Shown here: piece by piece, positions 40,028-51,125 of the stretch
Layout of the letters: every line of letters begins with the position of its first letter
Position numbering within the stretch: position 1 is the first letter of the stretch
From: a virus
Taxonomy: Duplodnaviria; Caudoviricetes
DNA length: 58,907 bases
Direction: 5' to 3' (one strand)
Virus record (IMG/VR): IMGVR_UViG_3300032237_000741
Span: 1-58,907 of that record
Notes under the pieces: generated by a model
Told to the model about the DNA's origin: nothing
Database searches by the model: none
Seen by the model: only the letters and a program-made list of their open reading frames with translations
Made by a program: the position numbers and the translations under genes

Positions 40028-40984
40028 ATGGCAGTAAGTGCATTAGCAGAGTTATTCCGAGCCACAGCTCCTGATAAGAAACCTGGCGATAAAACTATAT
40101 CATACAGTCAATTTGCAATGTGGTCCACGTGTCCTAGAAAGTGGAAACTTACGTATATAGATGGTAATAAATTTGGAAAACCTTCTGCGCACACAACGTT
40201 CGGAACTGCATTTCACGAGACCTTGCAATTTTATTTATGGACTATGTTCAAAAAGTCTGTTAAAGAAGCAGACAAAATCAATTTACCAGAACTTCTTCAA
40301 GAACAGTTAATTAACAATTACATGTTAGCTGTTCACGAACAATGCAATGGAGAACATTTTTCCAATCCACAAGAACTTCAAGAGTTTTATGAAGATGGTG
40401 TAGCGATTTTAGATTGGCTGAAAAAACATCGTAGTGCATATTTCACCAATCAAGGATATGAATTGGTGGCAATAGAAATGCCTTTGTATATACAGGCTTC
40501 TGACAAAAACGAATGCGTTATAATGAACGGGTTTTTAGACATTGTACTTCGTGAGATAGATACTGACAAAATAATTATTATTGACATTAAGACTTCGACT
40601 AGAGGTTGGAACGCAATTGCAAAGGCAGACAAGACCAAAGCTTCGCAGCTGGTTTTATACAAGTCTTATCTTGCAAAGCAATATGGCTACAATGAAGACA
40701 AGATAGAAATCAAGTATTTCATAGTCAAACGTAAGTTGATTGAAGGATTCATGTATCCACAAAAGCGCGTACAGATAGTAATACCGCCGTCTGGAAAGCC
40801 AACACGAAATAAACTATTACGAGATATAGAAAATTTTATAGAATCGGGGTTTAACGAGGATGGGACATATAAAATTGATGGAACATTTCCATCAATTTCT
40901 GGTGGTAACGGCATGCCAAATTGCAAATATTGTGAGTTTGCTAAATTAGAGGAGTTATGTCCAAAATCAAAAAGAATCTGTTAA
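40028..40984 (+). CDS. Cas4/AddB-like PD-(D/E)xK exonuclease with Fe-S cysteines
   Basis: SYSQ...CPRKW, GTAFH, GFLD, DIKT, QLVLY, CKYC...C. Confidence 0.85.
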   Translation: MAVSALAELFRATAPDKKPGDKTISYSQFAMWSTCPRKWKLTYIDGNKFGKPSAHTTFGTAFHETLQFYLWTMFKKSVKEADKINLPELLQEQLINNYMLAVHEQCNGEHFSNPQELQEFYEDGVAILDWLKKHRSAYFTNQGYELVAIEMPLYIQASDKNECVIMNGFLDIVLREIDTDKIIIIDIKTSTRGWNAIAKADKTKASQLVLYKSYLAKQYGYNEDKIEIKYFIVKRKLIEGFMYPQKRVQIVIPPSGKPTRNKLLRDIENFIESGFNEDGTYKIDGTFPSISGGNGMPNCKYCEFAKLEELCPKSKRIC

Positions 40985-41448
40985 TGTATTACAATAAATT
41001 TAAAGTAATGGAAGTATTAGGTCACGATGATGACCTCGTAAAAATCGCGATTGTTGGTTCGCGCGAATACGAAAACAAAACAAAAATACGAGAAATGATA
41101 TTTAAACTGAAACAAACTTTTGGAGACAAATTGGAAATTGTATCAGGAGGTTGTCTGCAAGGAGCGGACAGGTATGCGAAAAAGTATGCATTGGAAATGG
41201 GAGTGAAGTATAAAGAATTCAATCCTGCACATACCAACAAAAATTTATATTCAGGAATGCCTGAATCTTACTACGGTAAACCTTATCACGTATCACAACT
41301 GTTTCACAGGAATGAAATAATTGCAAAGTACTCGGATAAAATGATAGCATTCATAGATTCCACGGTCACTTCGAAAGGGTCTAAACATGCAGTTAGTATG
41401 GCACAAAAACATAAAAAACCAGTTGTAATAGTTAATGAAAAGGTTTAG
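40957..41448 (+). CDS. SLOG-family (YspA/DUF2493-like) nucleotide-binding protein
   Basis: IAIVGSR, VSGGC.GAD, RNEII, SKGS; true start probably 40984 or 41008. Confidence 0.75.
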   Translation: MSKIKKNLLMYYNKFKVMEVLGHDDDLVKIAIVGSREYENKTKIREMIFKLKQTFGDKLEIVSGGCLQGADRYAKKYALEMGVKYKEFNPAHTNKNLYSGMPESYYGKPYHVSQLFHRNEIIAKYSDKMIAFIDSTVTSKGSKHAVSMAQKHKKPVVIVNEKV

Positions 41449-41644
41449 CAAGTACAAGCAGTATATCATGTACCATTTGAAATGGCAAATTGGCATTGTA
41501 GTGTCTCTCCCATGTATGTACATCTTACACGATGTTTTACATTGGAACAATTTCTTTACCATTGTTGGATTTCAATTTATCGGGGCTTTGCTTTTTTGGA
41601 ATGTAGATAAGTACATTTTCAAAAAAACCCTTGAAAAAGTATAG
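41435..41644 (+). CDS. Small membrane protein (GtrA-like)
   Basis: Two hydrophobic segments, ending FWNVDKYIFK; precedes the GT island. Confidence 0.5.
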   Translation: MKRFSKYKQYIMYHLKWQIGIVVSLPCMYILHDVLHWNNFFTIVGFQFIGALLFWNVDKYIFKKTLEKV

Positions 41645-41771
41645 AATTTAAATCAGTTTATACTTGGTATTTAGATAAGAAATTACTATATTATAAATCT
41701 AAAAGAATTAAAGATTTAGTATTTCTATTTGAAATCTGTATTATTGAAAATAAAAAGATAAAAACAATTAT

Positions 41772-43201
41772 ATGAACAATTTAAATCAGTTACAAGGAGA
41801 ACTCGGTCGTCAGATAAAAAGGAAGAAGATTCTTTTATTATCTGACGACCTTTGAGGCTACGAATGCATAGCGGCATCGCTACAATGTCCAGAGAGTTAG
41901 TTTTAAACACCGTTAAAGAATTTGATTGGGTGCAGTTAGGCGCTGCCATTACACATCCAGATCACGGCAAGGTATTTGATTTGTCACAGGAAATTCAAAC
42001 AGTTACAAACACTCCAGAAGCCTCAGTTAAAATTTATGCACATAATGGATATGGCAACCAAGAAGTTCTGCGTGAACTAATTCAAATTGAAAGGCCGGAC
42101 GTGATATTGCACTTCACAGATCCTAGATTTTGGGGCTGGCTGTATGCAATAGAACATGAAATCCGTCAAATTGTTCCATTGGCATATTATACAATATGGG
42201 ATGATACTCCATATCCTAGGTGGAATCGGCCATTTTACGAGTCATGTGACTTGTTAATGTGTATATCTAAACAAACACACAACATTGTCAAGCAAGTTTT
42301 AAAGGATCGTAGCTACGCAGATTGGCAAGTTACTTACGTGCCTCACGGTGTCAATGACAAACAGTTTTTCCCGATGACTTCTGAAAATGAAGAGTGGAAC
42401 GACTTTACAAAGTTTAAACAAGACCTAATCAAAGATTCCAAATTTGTTGTATTTTACAATGCTAGAAACGTTCGCCGTAAACATACTTCAGATTTAATAC
42501 TCGCGTATAAACATTTTTGCGATACACTTTCTAAAGAAGAAGCTGCGAAATGTTTGCTACTTTTACATACAGATCCCATTGATGAAAATGGTACAGATTT
42601 ATTTGCAGTGATTGCAGAAATGTGTCCTATGTATCCAATAAAATTCACTCCAACTAGATTGGTATCAGTTAAAGAGTTGAATTGGTTGTACAACTGTGCA
42701 GACGTTACTGCGAACATAGCTTCCAATGAAGGATTTGGTTTAGGTACCGCAGAGTCTGTGATGGCAGGCACTCCGATAGTAGTAAATGTTACCGGAGGTT
42801 TACAAGACCAGTGTGGATTTAAGAAGTCTGACGGTACGTACTTAACTGAAAAGGATTACACAGACGCAATGCCTACAAATGCAGAAAAGCATTATACGAA
42901 TTGCGGAGAATGGGTAATACCAGTATTTCCCGCAGTAAGAACTTTGCAAGGTTCGCCCGCGACGCCGTACATTTATGATTCTATATGTGACCCTAAAGAA
43001 GCTGCAATTGCATTGCTAAAATGGTATAATATTTCTGACTCTGAACGTACGAGGCGTGGTTTATTGGGTAGAGAACATTTTATGAAACCAGAAGTTGGGC
43101 TGTCCGCGGAAAATATGGGCAATCGTATGATAAAAGACATTAATACAATGTTCGCTAATTGGAAACCTCGTACAAGATTTGAATTAATTAAAGCAATATA
43201 A
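41772..43201 (+). CDS. GT4 glycosyltransferase interrupted at codon 27 by TGA and a frame change (candidate recoding)
   Basis: MNNL...KKILLLSDDL* in one frame, RMHSGIATMSRE... in another; RNVRRK, SNEGFGLGTAES. Confidence 0.8.
41802..41860 (+). other. Candidate recoding element: hairpin + CTT-TGA-GG-CTA
   Basis: Perfect 13-bp stem GGTCGTCAGATAA (41805-17) / TTATCTGACGACC (41838-50) ending on the C of CTT. Confidence 0.65.
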
Positions 43202-43204
43202 ATT

Positions 43205-44518
43205 ATGGAAAATAATAAGCCAGTGCTGGTCATAGAATGCCCGTGTGGCACTAGGTCAGGATATGGGGAACGTTCAAGAGACTTAATAAGGGCGCTTATT
43301 GCAATTGACAAATACGATATCAAGATAGTCAGCACACGCTGGGGAAACACTCCAATGAGCGCTTTAACTGAAAAAGATGAAGACATTTATTCTAGGTTGT
43401 TAACGCAGAATTTAACACAGCAGCCAGATATTTACGTTCAGGTAACAATTCCCAGTGAATTCCGTAGAATGGGAAAATATAATATCGGAGTTACAGCGGG
43501 TATCGAAACTACTGTTTGTGACCCTTCTTGGTTAGAGGGTTGTAACAGGATGGATTTGGTTCTTGTATCATCTGCACATGCGAAAAATGTTTTTGAACAA
43601 ACTACTTACGACAAACGAGACCAAAACAATCAAGTACTAGGTCAACTGAAATTAACTACTCCGGTAGAAGTTTTGTTTGAAGGTGTTCGTTTAGACAAGT
43701 TTAATAAGACTTACGTAGCAGATCCTGTAATGGATTCTTTCTTCAAAGGAGTTAAACAAGATTTCTGTTTTTTGTTTTGCGGGCACTGGCTTCAAGGAGA
43801 ATTCGGGGAAGACAGGAAAAACGTTTCAGGATTGATTAAGACGTTTTTAGAATCTTTCAAAGGAAAGCAAACTGCGCCTGCTCTAATTTTAAAAGTATCA
43901 GGCGGTAATCCTTCAATAGTAGACAGAGACGACATTTTACGAAAAATTGAAGTAATTAAAAGTACTGTAGATTCTAAAATATTGCCTAGCATATATCTAG
44001 CTTACGGTGATTTTACAGACGAGGAAATGAATGCACTGTACAATCATCCAAAAGTCAAAGTACATATATCCTTTACCAAAGGTGAGGGTTATGGAAGACC
44101 GTTGGCAGAAGCTGCTGTGACAGCAAAGCCTATCATAGCGTCTAATTGGTCAGGCCACTTAGATTTTTTAAGTTCTGAAACTTCAGTGTTAGTAGATGGA
44201 ACTTTAACAAACATTCACCCTTCTGCACAATGGAAAGGAGTTCTTAATGAAGGCAGCCAATGGTTCAGTATTGATTATGCCAAAGCCAGTGGTTTCATGA
44301 AAGACATGTTTAAAGATTACAAAACGTATGTAGAACGTTCTAGAAAGACGTATCATCATATGAAAACGAATTTTTCATTCGAAGCAATGAAAACCAAATT
44401 GTCAGAATATATGTCTCGAGTTCCAGAGTTTCCAAAAGCTGTGCAACTCAAACTTCCACAGTTGAAAAAGATTGAATTACCAAAACTTAAGAAAATAGAA
44501 AACAATGAAGCAAACTAA
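43205..44518 (+). CDS. GT4-like glycosyltransferase
   Basis: RSGYG, DRKN, KGEGYGRPLAEA, WSGHLDF. Confidence 0.85.
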   Translation: MENNKPVLVIECPCGTRSGYGERSRDLIRALIAIDKYDIKIVSTRWGNTPMSALTEKDEDIYSRLLTQNLTQQPDIYVQVTIPSEFRRMGKYNIGVTAGIETTVCDPSWLEGCNRMDLVLVSSAHAKNVFEQTTYDKRDQNNQVLGQLKLTTPVEVLFEGVRLDKFNKTYVADPVMDSFFKGVKQDFCFLFCGHWLQGEFGEDRKNVSGLIKTFLESFKGKQTAPALILKVSGGNPSIVDRDDILRKIEVIKSTVDSKILPSIYLAYGDFTDEEMNALYNHPKVKVHISFTKGEGYGRPLAEAAVTAKPIIASNWSGHLDFLSSETSVLVDGTLTNIHPSAQWKGVLNEGSQWFSIDYAKASGFMKDMFKDYKTYVERSRKTYHHMKTNFSFEAMKTKLSEYMSRVPEFPKAVQLKLPQLKKIELPKLKKIENNEAN

Positions 44519-45137
44519 AATATCATATGCCGTTACTGTATGTAACGAATTTGAGGAAATACAACGTTTGCTAGAATTTTTACTAAAATACAAAAGGGAT
44601 GTAGATGAAATAGTTGTACTATTTGATTCTAAAAACGGGGATACTAGGATTGAAGAGTATCTCCGTACTCATTCTGTAAATGTAGAATTTTCGTGGCATT
44701 CTGACAAGTTTGAAAATCATTTCGCTGATTGGAAAAATAAACTCACTTCTCTCTGCTCAGGGACGTATATCTATCAAATAGACGCTGACGAAGTTCCTAG
44801 TGAATATTTAATGTTGCATTTGCCAGAAATTTTAGATTCCAATCCAAACGTCGATGTGTATCTTGTTCCCAGAATCAATACAGTCGATGGTCTTACTCAA
44901 GCACACATTGAAAAATGGAGATGGCAAGTTAACGATGCGGGATGGGTAAACTTCCCAGATTTCCAAAATCGAATATATCGTAACAATCAAAAAATCCGAT
45001 GGGTCAATAAAGTGCACGAATCTTTAAATGGCTTCGATGTTTACTCAGCATTACCAGCTATGGAACAATATTGTTTATCTCACCCTAAGACGATCGCTCG
45101 TCAAGAAAGACAAAATAACTATTATGACACACTTTAG
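44505..45137 (+). CDS. GT2-like glycosyltransferase
   Basis: ISYAVTVCNE, IDADE, FPD, KVHE. Confidence 0.85.
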   Translation: MKQTKISYAVTVCNEFEEIQRLLEFLLKYKRDVDEIVVLFDSKNGDTRIEEYLRTHSVNVEFSWHSDKFENHFADWKNKLTSLCSGTYIYQIDADEVPSEYLMLHLPEILDSNPNVDVYLVPRINTVDGLTQAHIEKWRWQVNDAGWVNFPDFQNRIYRNNQKIRWVNKVHESLNGFDVYSALPAMEQYCLSHPKTIARQERQNNYYDTL

Positions 45138-45978
45138 TCCGTTAACATTTTGCATTTCTACATATAACAATTTGCCGTATTTAAAATTGGTAATTGCGTC
45201 TGTAAGGAAAAATAGTCATTTCAAAGATGCTCCTTTCATTATACATGCAGAGAATTGTACAGACGGCACTGACATTTGGCTTAAAGAAAATAAAGATTTA
45301 TATAAACTAGATGTGTATACCGAGCACAATGCAATTCCTGTAGGAATTGGCGGTGGCATGAACTTCTGCGCTGACAAAGTAGAAACGGAATACATAATGT
45401 TTTTGCATTCAGACTTTTACGTTACGAAAGATTGGGATGTAGAGTTACTGCGGCTACAAGAGAAATACCCAGATGAAAAATTATGGGTGAATTCATATAG
45501 AATAGAACCTAACACTTTCAATTCAGCTCCTAGACACGGAACTACATTTGTTCCATTAGACTGGTTTGGAGCATATCATGATGATTTTAATACTTACGAG
45601 TTTGAAAAATGGGTAGAAGAGTTTAAACAATTAAACACTGAATACGAAGTACCTAAAGGGGAAGGAGTTTCAGGATTGGTGAAAAAATCGGTGTGGGATG
45701 AAGTCGGCGGAAACGATCCTAGATTCGCGCCTACATCATGGGACGACATGGATTTGTTTTTAAGAATGTTACAGCACGGAGTAAGATTTATTTTACCAAT
45801 AACTTCAGTAGTTTGGCATTTTGGTGCGAGAGGTTCGCATAGGTTGGAAGAGAACAATGGCAAAACTTCTGCAAGACAAAAAGAGTCTGAAGAAAAAAAT
45901 GTTATGAGATGGTTGGATAAGTGGGGAGAATTTCCTATATTTAATGAGTTCGGAATGATAACACAATATAATCAATAA
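45124..45978 (+). CDS. GT2 glycosyltransferase
   Basis: ISTYNN, CTDGT, HSD, VGGND..F...DDMD, WHF. Confidence 0.85.
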   Translation: MTHFSPLTFCISTYNNLPYLKLVIASVRKNSHFKDAPFIIHAENCTDGTDIWLKENKDLYKLDVYTEHNAIPVGIGGGMNFCADKVETEYIMFLHSDFYVTKDWDVELLRLQEKYPDEKLWVNSYRIEPNTFNSAPRHGTTFVPLDWFGAYHDDFNTYEFEKWVEEFKQLNTEYEVPKGEGVSGLVKKSVWDEVGGNDPRFAPTSWDDMDLFLRMLQHGVRFILPITSVVWHFGARGSHRLEENNGKTSARQKESEEKNVMRWLDKWGEFPIFNEFGMITQYNQ

Positions 45979-45987
45979 TAAAATCTT

Positions 45988-46587
45988 ATGACAATAGAAC
46001 AAAAATACCAAGAGAAGTGTTCAACACCTTCAGACATTAATGAAAATTTACCAATACTTAAAAAATATGCATCTGAATGTAGTCATGTTACAGAAATGGG
46101 TGTTAGAAGTATTGTATCAACTTGGGCACTGTTAGCAGCAAAACCTAAACAAGTAGTATCAATTGATTTAATTCATCCTTCAGTATATGGAGGTAATTTA
46201 GAAGAAGTAGAAGCAATAACTAAAGAAGAAGGAATTGATTTTACTTTTATAGAAGGTAACACTTTGAAAATTGATATTGATCAAACAGATTTTCTTTTTA
46301 TAGATACATTGCATAGCTATATTCATTTAATTACTGAATTGAGAAGATTTAATAAAAAAGTGAATAAATACATTGCATTACATGATACAGAAACTTTTGC
46401 ATTCAGAGATGAAGATGGAATTGTAGTTAATGATTCTAGAATGGATGAAGTTAATAAAATGCTTAATATTGAAAAAGCAGGCCTTTGGAATGCAGTTCTT
46501 GACTTTTTAGATGAATGCCCAGAATGGGAAGTAGCTGAAAAAGCTACTAATAACAATGGAATGACTGTTTTAAGAAGAAAAATATGA
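45988..46587 (+). CDS. Class I SAM-dependent methyltransferase-like protein
   Basis: EMGVR, LFIDTLH, LHDT, NNNG. Confidence 0.75.
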   Translation: MTIEQKYQEKCSTPSDINENLPILKKYASECSHVTEMGVRSIVSTWALLAAKPKQVVSIDLIHPSVYGGNLEEVEAITKEEGIDFTFIEGNTLKIDIDQTDFLFIDTLHSYIHLITELRRFNKKVNKYIALHDTETFAFRDEDGIVVNDSRMDEVNKMLNIEKAGLWNAVLDFLDECPEWEVAEKATNNNGMTVLRRKI

Positions 46588-47186
46588 AACACAGAAGTGA
46601 TTTAATCAATTATTTAATACAAAAAAATAACTTTAAACGTTATTTAGAACTAGGAGTTTCTTTTGGAGAATGTATTGATTTAATTGATATAGAGATTAAA
46701 GATGGAGTAGACCCTATGCCAAATAGCGATGCTGTTAATTATGCTATGACATCTGATGAATTTTTTGAGCAGATACCTTCAACTCAAAAATATGATATAA
46801 TTTTTATAGACGGATGGCATCAATTTGAGCAAGTTATAAAAGATGTTAATAATTCATTAGATCATTTATCTGAAAGCGGAATTATTTTATTACATGATTG
46901 TAATCCTGAATCTGAAGAGTTAGCTTCTAGAAATCCTAATGGCGGTGCTTGGACAGGAGATGTTTGGAAAGCAATATTACATTTTAGAAGTTCAAATTCT
47001 AAAATCAATGTAAATGTCGTTGATACTGATTATGGAGTAGGTATTGTAACAAAAGGAACTCAAAAATTATATTCTAAACCTGTAAAGTTTGATGACTTAT
47101 TAGAATGTGAATATAGCGTTTTAGCAAACGACAGAAAAAATTTATTAAACTTAATATCTGTAGACGAGTTTACTCAGTTATATTAA
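46584..47186 (+). CDS. Class I SAM-dependent methyltransferase (Methyltransf_24-like)
   Basis: YLELGV, GVDP, IFIDGWH, LHDCNP, WTGDVWK. Confidence 0.8.
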   Translation: MKHRSDLINYLIQKNNFKRYLELGVSFGECIDLIDIEIKDGVDPMPNSDAVNYAMTSDEFFEQIPSTQKYDIIFIDGWHQFEQVIKDVNNSLDHLSESGIILLHDCNPESEELASRNPNGGAWTGDVWKAILHFRSSNSKINVNVVDTDYGVGIVTKGTQKLYSKPVKFDDLLECEYSVLANDRKNLLNLISVDEFTQLY

Positions 47187-47187
47187 T

Positions 47188-47715
47188 ATGATACAGTGCG
47201 TAGGAAAACATACTTATGGAGTTGAAGACATAAAGTTTCATTCATGGGGAGAAGGATCAAATATACAAATAGGAAGCTTTTGTTCTATTGCAGGAGGATG
47301 CTTAATATTATTAGGAGGTAATCATAGAGTAGATAGAATTTCAACATATCCATTTGGTCATATTCATAAACATATCTTTAATCATAGTGGAGAAGGTCAT
47401 CCTACTTCAAACGGAAATGTTATAATTGGCAATGATGTTTGGATTGGATTAAATGTAACTATTATGAGTGGAGTAACAATAGGAGACGGTGCAGTTATAG
47501 CTGCTAATTCTCACGTTACTAAAAATGTAGACCCTTACACGATTGTAGGTGGTAATCCAGCCAAAGCATTAAAGAAAAGATTTTCAGATGAAGTAATAGA
47601 CAAATTACTTGAAGTTCGATGGTGGGATTGGCCTGATGAAGTTATTAATGCAAATTTGCATTTAATATGCACAGACAACCCACAAAATATTTTAAATTAT
47701 TCAAAAACTAACTAA
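47188..47715 (+). CDS. Hexapeptide-repeat O-acetyltransferase (CatB/Vat-like)
   Basis: IGSFCSIA, STYPF, IGNDVWIG, VGGNPAK, WWDW. Confidence 0.9.
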   Translation: MIQCVGKHTYGVEDIKFHSWGEGSNIQIGSFCSIAGGCLILLGGNHRVDRISTYPFGHIHKHIFNHSGEGHPTSNGNVIIGNDVWIGLNVTIMSGVTIGDGAVIAANSHVTKNVDPYTIVGGNPAKALKKRFSDEVIDKLLEVRWWDWPDEVINANLHLICTDNPQNILNYSKTN

Positions 47716-47716
47716 A

Positions 47717-48355
47717 ATGACACAAAACACAGATTACAAATATACAGTGCTTATACCTTATTTAAGCACAATTAACGGAGTACCAAATAGATGTATTGAT
47801 ATGTGTAAAGAATATCTTTACAAAAATTCTACATATCCTTTTGAATTATTAGAAGCTGTTGATTATCCAGATTATTATTTAGCAGTTAATGATAATTTCA
47901 TGAAAGCTAGCACAGACATAGTAATATTATTTAATGATGATATGTTTGTTGAGCCAGGTTGGGATGAATTATATGTAAAACATACAAAACCAAAATCAGT
48001 AGTATCTGGATATTTAGTTGAATCAGGTAGAATTGAAGTTGGCGGAGGAGCTATTGAATTTGATTGTGGTAGAGAACCAGAAAATTTTGATTATAACAAA
48101 TTTATTGAATTTAGTAAATCATACAAAGAAGCAAATAACATACCAGAGTCATTACCAATTTTAGGTCACGCAGCACCTTGTGCATTACATAAAGACTCTT
48201 GGATTCCATTTGAAATCATTCCTGGAATGTTAAATAATTCATCAGGTGTGGATGGAGATTATTTCTTTAATGTATTACCTAATGCAGGATTCACATACAA
48301 TAAAATTAATTCTTTTGTGTATCATATTCAAAGTTTCACTTCAAAACCAAATTAA
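47717..48355 (+). CDS. GT2-like glycosyltransferase
   Basis: VLIPY, FNDDM..EPGWD, VYH. Confidence 0.7.
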   Translation: MTQNTDYKYTVLIPYLSTINGVPNRCIDMCKEYLYKNSTYPFELLEAVDYPDYYLAVNDNFMKASTDIVILFNDDMFVEPGWDELYVKHTKPKSVVSGYLVESGRIEVGGGAIEFDCGREPENFDYNKFIEFSKSYKEANNIPESLPILGHAAPCALHKDSWIPFEIIPGMLNNSSGVDGDYFFNVLPNAGFTYNKINSFVYHIQSFTSKPN

Positions 48356-48957
48356 TGTCTTCACCAAATATTAAATTTTCAATAGTTATTCCATACCTAA
48401 GCAGTAGCAAAACTATTGCAAAATGTAAACACTTTTTAGAAAAATACACAACTAATGAATATGAATTAGTTGAGATTGTAGATAGCACAGATGTGTATGA
48501 TGCATTTAATTCAGGTGTGTATGCCGCTACTTCAGATAAAGTTATTTTATTAAATGATGATATGTATGTATCTCCGGGCTGGGATGAATTGTATATAAAA
48601 TATCATGAGCCAAATTTAATATTAACAGGGTTTTTAGTTGAGCCAGGTTTTGTTCCAGTAGCAAGTGAAAATATTTGTGAAAATTTTGGAATGGACCCAG
48701 ATAGTTTTGATGAAGATGGATTTGTAAGTTTTGCAAAACAATTTTCAGAAAACGATGAAATTACTTACGATGCAAAAGGCTGGTTTATGCCTATCATGTT
48801 TAATAAAAATACTTTTATACCTTATCCTAATGAGATTAAGTATCCGTATCCAAACGACATTACATTGATAAAAGAAATACTTCCAGCTAATAATTTTAAA
48901 TTTGCTCAAGTTAATAGTATAGTGTATCATCTTCAAAATTTTAGTAATAGATCATGA
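48355..48957 (+). CDS. GT2-like glycosyltransferase, paralog of the preceding gene
   Basis: IVIPY, LNDDM..SPGWDELY, VYH. Confidence 0.7.
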   Translation: MSSPNIKFSIVIPYLSSSKTIAKCKHFLEKYTTNEYELVEIVDSTDVYDAFNSGVYAATSDKVILLNDDMYVSPGWDELYIKYHEPNLILTGFLVEPGFVPVASENICENFGMDPDSFDEDGFVSFAKQFSENDEITYDAKGWFMPIMFNKNTFIPYPNEIKYPYPNDITLIKEILPANNFKFAQVNSIVYHLQNFSNRS

Positions 48958-49703
48958 AATTAACTTCTATATTACAATACAGCACATTAGATTTTAGATT
49001 TCTTAAAGTAAATTTAGATCAATTAGTTAAATGCAGTGATGAAATCATTGTAGTTATGTGTGATCATTTTTTTAATGGAGAACCTGAAAATCAAGAATTA
49101 TTAGAAGAGTCTATTAAAATAATTGCAGAAACTCCTAACTGCGCAGGTTATATATTTGAATGGGAAGGAGAAAAAGATAATACAGGATATTATCATAATT
49201 TAAGCAGAGAGATTGGCACTCGAATGAGTTCTGGAGATTGGCTATTATTTGTAGACGGAGATGAAATTGTAGATGATACATTTAAAGAATGGTTTGACAC
49301 AACAGCAAAGCATACAGACACTACATATTGGATGACCTGCTATTGGTATTTTAGAGAACCAACTTATCAAGCAAAACCTTTTGAAGGTTGCGGGTTGTTA
49401 ATAAAACGATCAAAATGTAATTGGAACATTAATGTTCGAGATGAAAGACAGCAATTTCATAATATTAGTAATTTCATTCATGGATGGCACGTTCCAATTT
49501 TAGCAGAAGGAAAGCCTATGGTACATCATTATTCATGGGTTAGAACTAAAGAAGAAATGCTTAAAAAAGTTCATAACTGGGGTCATAAAAATGATACTAA
49601 TTGGTCTGATTTAGTAGAGGAAGAATTTAGTAGACCATTTTCAGGCACTGACTTTGTGCATGGCTATGAATATAATATTGTAGAAAATAAATTTAATTTA
49701 TAA
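48954..49703 (+). CDS. GT2-like glycosyltransferase
   Basis: DEIIVV, LFVDGDE, HHYSWVR. Confidence 0.7.
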   Translation: MKLTSILQYSTLDFRFLKVNLDQLVKCSDEIIVVMCDHFFNGEPENQELLEESIKIIAETPNCAGYIFEWEGEKDNTGYYHNLSREIGTRMSSGDWLLFVDGDEIVDDTFKEWFDTTAKHTDTTYWMTCYWYFREPTYQAKPFEGCGLLIKRSKCNWNINVRDERQQFHNISNFIHGWHVPILAEGKPMVHHYSWVRTKEEMLKKVHNWGHKNDTNWSDLVEEEFSRPFSGTDFVHGYEYNIVENKFNL

Positions 49704-50416
49704 TGGATAACCAAACAAAAATAAAAGTATTTGTAAGACATTGCAACTTTTCTTCTAATTCAGCTAGTAAGATAAGGCCAGATTGGTTTACAACAGAAAA
49801 ATGCTGGAACAACCTTAATAGCACTGCTGACGATAATACAAGTATAACTGTTTTATTTGATGGCACTCCTAACGAAAGTCATTTCTTATATAACAAAGAT
49901 ATTGACATTGTATGTATGGAAGGCGGCAGTGATGGTCATTCATTTTTAAATTTATTAAAATATGTTAATAATCTAAATATAGAAGATGATACAATTTTAT
50001 ATTTTCTAGAAGATGATTTCTATCATAGAGAAGGATGGACAAATATCTTAAGAGAAGGATTTCAATATATTGGAGTAGATTATATAACATTGTATGATCA
50101 TTCTGATAAGTATGATGATTCCATGTATGGAGATTTGCAGAGTAAGATACTAGTAACTCCTTCTATCCATTGGAGAACGACTCCTTCAACAACTAATACA
50201 TATGCGATGTTAGCTCAAACACTTCGCAAACATTATAATTTACATTTAGAATATTGTGATTTGAATAAAGGATTCACTCACGATCATGCTAAATTTACTA
50301 GACTATGGCAAGAAGGATCAAGTTTGATATCATGTATGCCAGGTTACTCAACTCACTGCGAATCAAAATATATGTCACCTACAATTAATTGGAATAATGT
50401 TAATAGCAACTCTTAA
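49703..50416 (+). CDS. GT-A-like glycosyltransferase
   Basis: YFLEDDFYH acidic motif; island context. Confidence 0.55.
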   Translation: MDNQTKIKVFVRHCNFSSNSASKIRPDWFTTEKCWNNLNSTADDNTSITVLFDGTPNESHFLYNKDIDIVCMEGGSDGHSFLNLLKYVNNLNIEDDTILYFLEDDFYHREGWTNILREGFQYIGVDYITLYDHSDKYDDSMYGDLQSKILVTPSIHWRTTPSTTNTYAMLAQTLRKHYNLHLEYCDLNKGFTHDHAKFTRLWQEGSSLISCMPGYSTHCESKYMSPTINWNNVNSNS

Positions 50417-51125
50417 TCATAATCTGCCTCAATGGACAGATAACTTAGTAAATCAATTACAAAAAGATCCTTTATTCAAAGAATGTGAATTAATTGTAGT
50501 TGACAATGGCTCTAAAGAACCTTTGGCTAAATCGACTACACATCAATTAGAAGAAAATATATTCTTTGGTGGAGGCTTCAATGTAGTTTTAGATTATTTT
50601 CTTACTACCGACCACGACTATCTTTATTTTTTAAATAATGATTTAGTATTTCATGGTCCTTCATTTCTTACTACTTCTCTTAAAGAAGCTAAAGAATCAG
50701 ATGCCGCAGTTTACTCCCCTTCAGTTATTAATGCCTCTATTGATCAATGTCATTGGAAACAAATGTGGAACTGGGGACAAGGATTAAGAGAAGTAAAATG
50801 GGTAGACTTTCAATGTCCTTTAATTAGAAGAGATGTATTAGAAAAAATTAAATCATATCCTAATGAATTAATGTATGGATGGGGTTTAGATTTTTATACA
50901 GGTTGTATTACAGAGCAAAATAATTTAAAAACTATAGTGTCTGATACAAATACTATTACACATATGAACTCATTGACATTCAAAGAAAATAAAATTGACA
51001 TTGGGGTTTCTGAATTTTGTAGAAATGCGGAGGTAAATATGTATAACTATTTTAGGAATTCTGAAATGGAATCCTTATATTTAGATTTACGAAAATTTGG
51101 AGAAAATTATAATGCAATCAAATAG
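50397..51125 (+). CDS. GT2 glycosyltransferase
   Basis: VVDNGS, FGGGFN, LNND, GWGLD. Confidence 0.85.
   Translation: MLIATLNHNLPQWTDNLVNQLQKDPLFKECELIVVDNGSKEPLAKSTTHQLEENIFFGGGFNVVLDYFLTTDHDYLYFLNNDLVFHGPSFLTTSLKEAKESDAAVYSPSVINASIDQCHWKQMWNWGQGLREVKWVDFQCPLIRRDVLEKIKSYPNELMYGWGLDFYTGCITEQNNLKTIVSDTNTITHMNSLTFKENKIDIGVSEFCRNAEVNMYNYFRNSEMESLYLDLRKFGENYNAIK

Noticed and set aside
40028-40984. Cas4 as part of a CRISPR-Cas system
   Set aside because: No other cas genes or array; solo Cas4-like nucleases are common in phage replication blocks
47188-47715. Antibiotic-resistance acetyltransferase (CatB/Vat)
   Set aside because: Its position inside a glycosylation island makes a sugar O-acetyltransferase more likely
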